Translations under genes and position numbers: made by a program
Part shown: positions 58,031 through 64,000 of the stretch, piece after piece
How positions within the stretch are numbered: position 1 is the stretch's first letter
Layout: each line of letters opens with the position of its first letter
Assembly: GCA_965214095.1 (NCBI GenBank)
Contig: OZ243938.1
Span: forward strand, 5,120,001-5,184,000
Source: Candidatus Poribacteria bacterium
GTDB lineage: Bacteria; Poribacteria; WGA-4E; WGA-3G
DNA length: 64,000 nucleotides
Reading direction: 5' to 3'
The notes under the pieces: model-generated
Seen by the model: the letters and a program-made list of their open reading frames with translations, nothing else
What the model was told of the DNA's origin: nothing
The model's database searches: none

Positions 58031-58825
58031 TTACTGTAGTTCCATTTCTACTGGTTTCACATCAAAAATCCGTTTATCAGAATCATAGTTTATAAGAATA
58101 ACGGTATCTCCTTTTACCGGAAACGTTTCATCAGGTTTTACACGACATTTCACTGTCAATGTATCCCCATTAGGGACAACAACACGTGCTGTTCCAAAAG
58201 TAGAAGTAACTTGTCCACTTATCACTCTACCGCGTAAGCCGAGTAGATGCATATCTTTTGTTGCTGGATCACTTTCTGGAAAGATCCTTGAAAGAGTCAA
58301 CGATAGATATCGCGTGCTTAACACACTGCAGACAAAAGCAACTGAACAGGATATGCCAAAGAACAGACTTGTTGTGGAATCAACACGAAGGATATTATTG
58401 ACGATTAACCCGGTGAAACTCCAAGTCGTAAAAAGGGACATTACGACAATCATAAACGGGACCCTGCCAATATTCAAGAAACCTAATACGTCTCCAAAGA
58501 CACTACCAGCTGCACCAGAATCCGTGGTAATTTCGGTATCTGCATCGGCATCAACATCCATATCAACATCAGCGTCAACATCCATGTCAATATCCGCATC
58601 AACATCTAAATCTAAATCAACGTCAACATCCGCATCAACGTCAAAGTCAACATCTGCATCCACATCAAAGTCTGCATCCACATCTGCGTCAACGTCAGCG
58701 TCAGCATCTCCGAAGTCCAATCCACCGAGAACCAGCCGAAAAATGGCAAACAGGAAAACGACAGTAAGTGGTGCAGTAAACCACACATTATAAGGTACTA
58801 CAAGATATTTCCAAAAAGCACCCAT
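58031..58825 (-). CDS. YqiJ/NfeD-like flotillin partner (DUF1449) with Asp-rich low-complexity insert
   Basis: TM, (DAD-V/F/M)n tract, [12 protein letters not shown], two TMs, C-terminal OB-like LLG..G.V......FG.A. Confidence 0.8.
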   Translation of the reverse strand: MGAFWKYLVVPYNVWFTAPLTVVFLFAIFRLVLGGLDFGDADADVDADVDADFDVDADVDFDVDADVDVDLDLDVDADIDMDVDADVDMDVDADADTEITTDSGAAGSVFGDVLGFLNIGRVPFMIVVMSLFTTWSFTGLIVNNILRVDSTTSLFFGISCSVAFVCSVLSTRYLSLTLSRIFPESDPATKDMHLLGLRGRVISGQVTSTFGTARVVVPNGDTLTVKCRVKPDETFPVKGDTVILINYDSDKRIFDVKPVEMELQ

Positions 58826-59211
58826 TAGTTATACCTCCCAATCTGTTCGGTGATAAATTGCTGGACATGCATCGCCTCATGAAAACTCATGTTATCTATC
58901 CAGTAAATATTACGTTTGACATATATTTCAAGCCGCGCTTGTCCAAATAACCGATGTTTCAGCAGACGCGCAAGTTTTACAGAACGTATATCACTAAAAA
59001 ACACATTACACCGTATATTTGCATAGGAGACAGCGATATTCCCCATAAACTTTTCATCTAATACGAGGACACGCAGCGATGTGATAAGAACAAAATCTGG
59101 ACGTAACAATGAGGAACGTCCGAGAACACACAGATAGATTTTCTCATCCTGTTGGAGTTCTGCTTTTGCAAGTTGTTGAATACGTGTGGGTAAATTTCCA
59201 AATTCAGCCAT
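58825..59211 (-). CDS. Small bacterial PH-domain-like protein
   Basis: LQQDEKI......LITSLRVLV...FSDIRSV.L....LFG pattern. GAGGA RBS; stop overlaps the next start. Confidence 0.65.
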   Translation of the reverse strand: MAEFGNLPTRIQQLAKAELQQDEKIYLCVLGRSSLLRPDFVLITSLRVLVLDEKFMGNIAVSYANIRCNVFFSDIRSVKLARLLKHRLFGQARLEIYVKRNIYWIDNMSFHEAMHVQQFITEQIGRYN

Positions 59212-59297
59212 CGTGCATCGTCCTCTTATACTATTGAGACATTGAAATGAGGAAAGATAGCAAGAAATGTCAGATTTGATTGTTGAAAATGTAAATG

Positions 59298-59337
59298 ATA
59301 ACAATAAACACACAATCTCTTGTGTGTTTATTGTTAT
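59298..59337 (-). terminator. Long hairpin immediately 3' of tmRNA
   Basis: 18-bp perfect stem ATAACAATAAACACACAA / TTGTGTGTTTATTGTTAT with a 4-nt loop. Confidence 0.7.
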
Positions 59338-59339
59338 GA

Positions 59340-59690
59340 TGGAGGTGGCGGGAATCGAACCCGCGTCCGAAAGCAGATTGATAAAGGTCTCTACATGCTT
59401 ATCCCAGGTTTTAAGTTTCGCCAGTTAGACTCCCCTGTGCAGGATTCATAAATGACTATCTCAAGTTTAGATTCGCAGGATGTCCCTTGAGAACAACCAA
59501 ACTGCTAGCCTGTATTGTGACGCTTTTACCTCCCTGACAGACAACAAGTCAGCAAAGCGTAGCCGCTTAAGCAGCTAATGCTAATTCTTGATCAGCAATT
59601 ATAATTGTTCCGCCTATTTTACGAGGCCTGCGGAGACCTCGGCATGCAACCCAGATCGCAATTACCTCCGTCGAAACCTGTGTCACCCCC
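59340..59690 (-). ncRNA. ssrA: tmRNA; tag peptide (A)ADQELALAA
   Basis: 5' GGGGGTGAC...TTCGAC and 3' GGGTTCGATTCCCGCCACCTCCA, with G3-U70 alanine identity. Tag frame 59596-59567 GCT GAT CAA GAA TTA GCA TTA GCT GCT TAA. Directly downstream of smpB. Confidence 0.96.
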
Positions 59691-59708
59691 AGAATATATC
59701 TCGTGGGT

Positions 59709-60179
59709 CTATGTATAAGAACGTATTTCACGATCCGCATGATCGCGATCTATTTTTTCACGTTTGTCGTAAAGACGTTTCCCTTGTGCTACTGCTAATT
59801 CTAACTTAACCCGACTACCTGTAAAGTATGCACGGGTTGGAATTAACGTCAAACCTTTGGATTTAACAGCCCGTTCCAGTTTTCTGATCTCGCTACGATG
59901 TAACAGCAGTTTCCGTGGACGTTTCGGTTCATGGTTCATCTGATTACCTTGGTCGTACAAACCGATGTAAGCATCAACCAGAAATACCTCGCCATCTGTT
60001 ATCTGTGCGTAACTATCTGTCAGATTGAACAGCCCGTTCCTTATTGCTTTGACTTCAGTCCCTTGCAAAACGATACCTGCTTCATATCGGTCGCGGAGAT
60101 GATAGTCATACCGTGCTTTCCGATTGACTGTAATTGTTCCGTTCTGCGGGGAATTCTTCTTCTTTTTCACAATAACCAT
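59709..60179 (-). CDS. smpB: SsrA-binding protein
   Basis: NRKARYDY, EAGIVLQGTEVKAIR, NHEPKRPRKLLLH, GLTLIP, GKRLYDKRE. Confidence 0.97.
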   Translation of the reverse strand: MVIVKKKKNSPQNGTITVNRKARYDYHLRDRYEAGIVLQGTEVKAIRNGLFNLTDSYAQITDGEVFLVDAYIGLYDQGNQMNHEPKRPRKLLLHRSEIRKLERAVKSKGLTLIPTRAYFTGSRVKLELAVAQGKRLYDKREKIDRDHADREIRSYT

Positions 60180-60392
60180 TATTGTAACATATAAATTTCC
60201 TGTATGCAAGGAAATTGTATAAGGTGTCAAGGTTATTTATGGTATAACAATATAGGGCGTACTAAAGATGTGAAAAACGCAAACATCCGATAAACCCGAT
60301 GCCTACGCAATTTAGTCAAAATTACCGATGGTCACTTTTTTAGTACCCTCCCCTAATTGGATGCCTACAATTTATTGTCAAATTACAACTAT

Positions 60393-60707
60393 TGTTCTGT
60401 CTATACTAATCTTGTCCGTCGGGTAGAGGCACGAAACCCGACATGCCATAGGCGTCAATTTAGCGTCCTTCCAAGTACCGGTAGGTTCGGTTTCCTAACC
60501 GAACCGCTTTGTGCCAAATACCTTCATAGAGGTTCTCGCGTAGGATCCGGTTCGGTTAGGAAACCGAACCTACCGTCCTGGGAAAAACGCCTAATTTACA
60601 CTAAATTGACGCCCATCAGGCACGAAACCCGACATGCAGACATTTATCATCAATAAAGGCGGGGGTCGTGCCACTACCCGATGGACAATGTCCGAGTGGA
60701 CGCTCCA
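60393..60707. mobile_element. NTAN-type MITE (CTAT duplication) hosting a nested CAT-ended MITE
   Basis: CTAT at 60389-60392 and 60708-60711. Removing 60447-60637 restores a sequence colinear with 52681-52803. Confidence 0.78.
60447..60617. mobile_element. CAT-ended MITE with 20-bp target site duplication
   Basis: AGGCACGAAACCCGACATGC at 60427-60446 and 60618-60637. Body nearly identical to 24650-24821. Confidence 0.87.
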
Positions 60708-61156
60708 CTATTGCTGTGTCCACATCTTATTTATGGTGAAGCATAGAATTATATCTACACTTTCTATCAACGGTAGACGAGGTTTCCTAACCTCGCCTCA
60801 GCAATGTATAGAATCAAATTCAATAATTTACCAAAATATCCGATATTTACTCAATTTGCGTTTAATTGCTAATTGGTAAAATTGGTAATTTTTTGTTCGG
60901 AAGAATCCAGTCATAGACAAGATCCGTGTACAGAAAAAATTACCAATTGCCTAAAAGTATCAACACTATATCACTCTAATTGACATTTGGAAACGATTTT
61001 GTCTGAACGATCCGCAGTCCAAGAACCGCTACCTAACGACCTCAAAGGTAGGGAACTCCGATTCCCGGCTGCAAACGGGGCGCGATTCGGAGATCGCTCC
61101 TACAGTGGTGTGTCCAATTATTTTCATACTTCACCATAAATAACCCTGGAATTTTA

Positions 61157-61380
61157 CAGGGTTATTTTGTTTTAATAAATTATCAACATCAGGATTTACT
61201 GAAAGTTAATACTCAAAGCGGTAGGTGCGGTTTCCTAACCGCACCGAAACCTGTGAAAAGACCTATTATGAAAGGTGTTTGACACAAATCCGGTGCGGTT
61301 AGGAAACCGCACCTACCGGCTTGGGGAATTTAGCATTTGTGAAAGAATACACAAGAAAAACCTAAAACTAAATAACCCTG
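61157..61380. mobile_element. 224-bp CAGGG-ended (ISAs1-like) MITE with 8-bp target duplication and REP doublet
   Basis: TIR CAGGGTTATTT(T/A)GTTTTA (17/18 match). GAATTTTA at 61149-61156 and 61381-61388. Internal GTAGGTGCGGTTTCCTAACCGCACC inverted pair. Confidence 0.8.
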
Positions 61381-61592
61381 GAATTTTATATGACAAATTT
61401 ACAGAAAAATGCTATACTTGTTAATATAGTAAGTTGCAATTTAGGATTTATGTCAATTTCACGATTTTTTTAGCATATTGGTATAATGGTTTAATTTCAG
61501 ACGGTTTCTGCAATTACAACGTGCCTACCGATTGTACGTAAGTCCTGATTTCTAACGTATCAATTTCCAACCGATAGGATTAAACACGAATT

Positions 61593-62789
61593 ATGAATTC
61601 CTCATCTATCTTGTTTTATACTGGTGCTGCTTTCATCTCATTTGCTGCAGCAAGTATGTCATCTCCCGATACCATTGAAAAACCGACTGAACCCCCTCAG
61701 ACTATCCAAGAAAAATTTGAAATGTCCGAATTTTACCAGCAGTGGATAGATGTTGGTGGATTTCCCGTTGTTTCATCGGAGAAGGTTGATCCACATGCTT
61801 TGCAGGAAGCTGCTTGGCTCATCCAGCAAGTTATTGGACACCGACCAGATTTGCTACAAGCACTTGCGGAAAATAATGTTCGGTTCTCCATTATGGCATA
61901 CAACGAGATGACGACAAAGATTCCTGAACATAGCGACCTAAAGCCAGACTTTTATTGGGATCGGAGGGCACGTGGTTTGGGGGCAACTTCTGCACGTCCC
62001 TCAGTGAGTTGTGGTGAAGAAAACCTGCTTAATTATTCGGGGGATCCTTACGGAACTGAGAATATACTTATTCATGAGTTTGCTCATGCATTACATCAAA
62101 TGGGACTTAGTACCGTTGACCCAGATTTTGATAAACGGCTTAAGGTTTTGTATGAGGCAGCAATGGAGAAAGGTTTGTGGAAAGGCACTTATGCTTCTAC
62201 AAACAAAGAGGAATATTGGGCTGAAGGCACACAATCTTGGTTCAATACGAACCGAGAAAACGATGCACAGCATAATCATGTGAGTAAACGGGGAATATTG
62301 AAAGAATATGATCCTGACTTGGCAGAACTGCTCACCGAAATTTATGGTGACACAGATTGGCGGTATTCTAACGCTGTCAAACGTCTCAATCTACCACATT
62401 TGCGGGGATATGATCCTGATAATGCCCCAAAGTTTGCGTGGCCTGCTGATCTCGCAACATGTTATGACCAACTCTTTGACGAGAACTGTGAAGGTGGAGA
62501 TAGATGGACAGATTTGAAACGTTACGAACCGAGTCAACTTTCAACGTTGAAGTCTCAAGACGGTGACAACACTGCCGTTCTTTTTGTGAACAAAACTGAG
62601 ACTGATATTACTTATTATTGGATAGATGCAGATGGCAATGAATCATATCGCGGGCGCGCTGCCGCGAATGCCTATAGCATCCATCATACGCATGCCGGTC
62701 ATATTTGGCTTGTGAAAGATCCTGATGGACAGGAGCTTGTTGTGTTTCAAGCTGAAGAGAAGACTGGACGTGCATTTATTGGCAAGTGA
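61593..62789 (+). CDS. Secreted zinc metallopeptidase-like protein with C-terminal VHL beta-domain
   Basis: Signal-like N-terminus, ILIHEFAH (HEXXH), downstream EYWAEG, C-terminal FVN.T.....YYWID.DG....G.........T..GH.WLV.D. Confidence 0.72.
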   Translation: MNSSSILFYTGAAFISFAAASMSSPDTIEKPTEPPQTIQEKFEMSEFYQQWIDVGGFPVVSSEKVDPHALQEAAWLIQQVIGHRPDLLQALAENNVRFSIMAYNEMTTKIPEHSDLKPDFYWDRRARGLGATSARPSVSCGEENLLNYSGDPYGTENILIHEFAHALHQMGLSTVDPDFDKRLKVLYEAAMEKGLWKGTYASTNKEEYWAEGTQSWFNTNRENDAQHNHVSKRGILKEYDPDLAELLTEIYGDTDWRYSNAVKRLNLPHLRGYDPDNAPKFAWPADLATCYDQLFDENCEGGDRWTDLKRYEPSQLSTLKSQDGDNTAVLFVNKTETDITYYWIDADGNESYRGRAAANAYSIHHTHAGHIWLVKDPDGQELVVFQAEEKTGRAFIGK

Positions 62790-62862
62790 TATGCTATGTT
62801 TATTTAGCAATATCTAATTATTTAATTTAACAATTGATCATATTTATTAGGGAGAGAAATTT

Positions 62863-63879
62863 ATGAACAAGAAATTGTTTCGTATAATAGCATTGGCTTT
62901 AACAGTTTTATTGGTGACACCTCTGATTGCAGACAATCACGGTGGTATTCTGGAAAAAGTGCAGAATAGAGGAAGGTTAATTTGTGGTGTCAATAAAGAA
63001 TTGCCAGGGTTCGGTTTTCTCGGTCAGGATGGCGAATGGAAAGGATTTGATGTAGATTTTGGTCGCGCAATTGCAGCTGCAGTTTTTGGGGATGCGAGTA
63101 AAGTTGAGTTCCGTTCCTTAAAAGCAGCTGACAGATTTCCTGCACTTCAGACAGGTGAGATTGATGTCTTAATCCGCAACACGACTTGGACGTTAACCCG
63201 TGATACTGCAAACGGTGCAGACTTCTGTCCACCTAACTTTTATGATGGTCAGGGATTTATGCTTCGTAAAGGTCTGGAAATAACCTCACTGAAGGATCTT
63301 GACGGTGCTACTATCGGGGTTACTGCTGGAAGTACAACTGAGTTAAATCTTGCAGATAAAATGCGGACATTAGGGATCAAAGTTGAGTCTATTGTTTTTG
63401 AGGAAACTGATACGCTTTATCAAAGTTACGACCAAGGACGTTGTGATGCTGTGACAAGTGATAAGTCTCAACTGCTTTCACGGCGACAATCTTTGAAAAA
63501 TCCTGATGATCATATTATTCTTGATGTGACCATTTCCAAAGAACCTTTAGCTCCTGTTACTGTTCATGGAGACAACAAGTGGAATGATGTTGTCAGTTGG
63601 GTTGTTTATGCTACGTTCTTTGCAGAGGAGCATGATATTACAAAAGCTAAGGTGAAGAACCTTAAATCTGACAATCCAGAAATTCAACGTTTTCTCGGTG
63701 AATCTGGAAATATTGGTGAGCAACTTGGTTTGCCAGCAGAATGGGCGCGCAATACTATTGGGGCAGTCGGTCACTATGGTGAAATCTTTGAGCGTAACCT
63801 CGCGCCTCTCGGTCTTCCGCGCGGTGTCAACAAACCTTGGACAGAAGGTGGATTGCTTTACGCAATGCCGTTCCGATAG
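62863..63879 (+). CDS. aapJ: General L-amino acid ABC transporter substrate-binding protein (AapJ/BztA family)
   Basis: RGRLICGV...LPGF, GFDVDFGRAIAAAVFGD, RFPALQTGEIDVL.RNTTWT..RD, FYDGQGF, ISKEPL.P, VG.YGEIFERNL, GGLLYAMPFR. Confidence 0.9.
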   Translation: MNKKLFRIIALALTVLLVTPLIADNHGGILEKVQNRGRLICGVNKELPGFGFLGQDGEWKGFDVDFGRAIAAAVFGDASKVEFRSLKAADRFPALQTGEIDVLIRNTTWTLTRDTANGADFCPPNFYDGQGFMLRKGLEITSLKDLDGATIGVTAGSTTELNLADKMRTLGIKVESIVFEETDTLYQSYDQGRCDAVTSDKSQLLSRRQSLKNPDDHIILDVTISKEPLAPVTVHGDNKWNDVVSWVVYATFFAEEHDITKAKVKNLKSDNPEIQRFLGESGNIGEQLGLPAEWARNTIGAVGHYGEIFERNLAPLGLPRGVNKPWTEGGLLYAMPFR

Positions 63880-64000
63880 AATATATTGTCTGAACCAGGA
63901 TTTACAGGATTGAGAGTATCCACTCAAGATGAACATAATCCTGAGTAAATGGAAATCTTGTAAATCTTGGTTTAACACATGACAAAACTCTAACACACCA

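Noticed and set aside
56278-58793. Long plus-strand ORFs (242 aa, 159 aa) and the many antisense ORFs over WD40 and dnaN genes
   Set aside because: Shadow frames of strongly supported opposite-strand genes, reflecting codon periodicity.
59340-59375. Stand-alone tRNA gene at the T-arm motif
   Set aside because: It pairs with a 5' end 350 nt away and encloses a tag reading frame, so it is tmRNA.
60357-60879. ORFs 60357-60656 and 60634-60879 (also 13742-13933 and 52792-53115)
   Set aside because: They translate nested repeats or lie antisense to real genes.

Overview
A gene-dense, AT-rich chromosomal segment of a Gram-negative bacterium (lpxB/lpxK present). The protein repertoire points to Candidatus Poribacteria; this is inferred from WD40 proteins with a 'W.LPE.A..RLGK' cap, a LamG protein ending in 'KLATSWGKLK', and PhyH-type dioxygenases with Gfo/Idh/MocA oxidoreductases. 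Housekeeping genes: mutL (5' truncated), argC, lpxB, lpxK, nadC, smpB and tmRNA. Four tandem paralog pairs stand out: two dnaN with non-canonical peptide pockets, two ECF-sigma/TM/WD40 fusions with a shared putative autoregulatory promoter, two FRG-TPR genes flanking a small ORF, and two DUF151 nucleases downstream of a flotillin operon. Many intergenic regions hold nested non-autonomous mobile elements. At least five terminal-repeat families occur, with TA, 4-bp NTAN, 8-bp or 20-bp target duplications, and most carry GTAG-type REP hairpins as cargo. The most unusual is a ~172-bp CAT-ended element that makes exact 20-bp target duplications in hairpins, including the REP it carries. I saw no transposase, integrase, reverse transcriptase, CRISPR array, rRNA or tRNA gene. 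All calls are by eye; no databases were searched.
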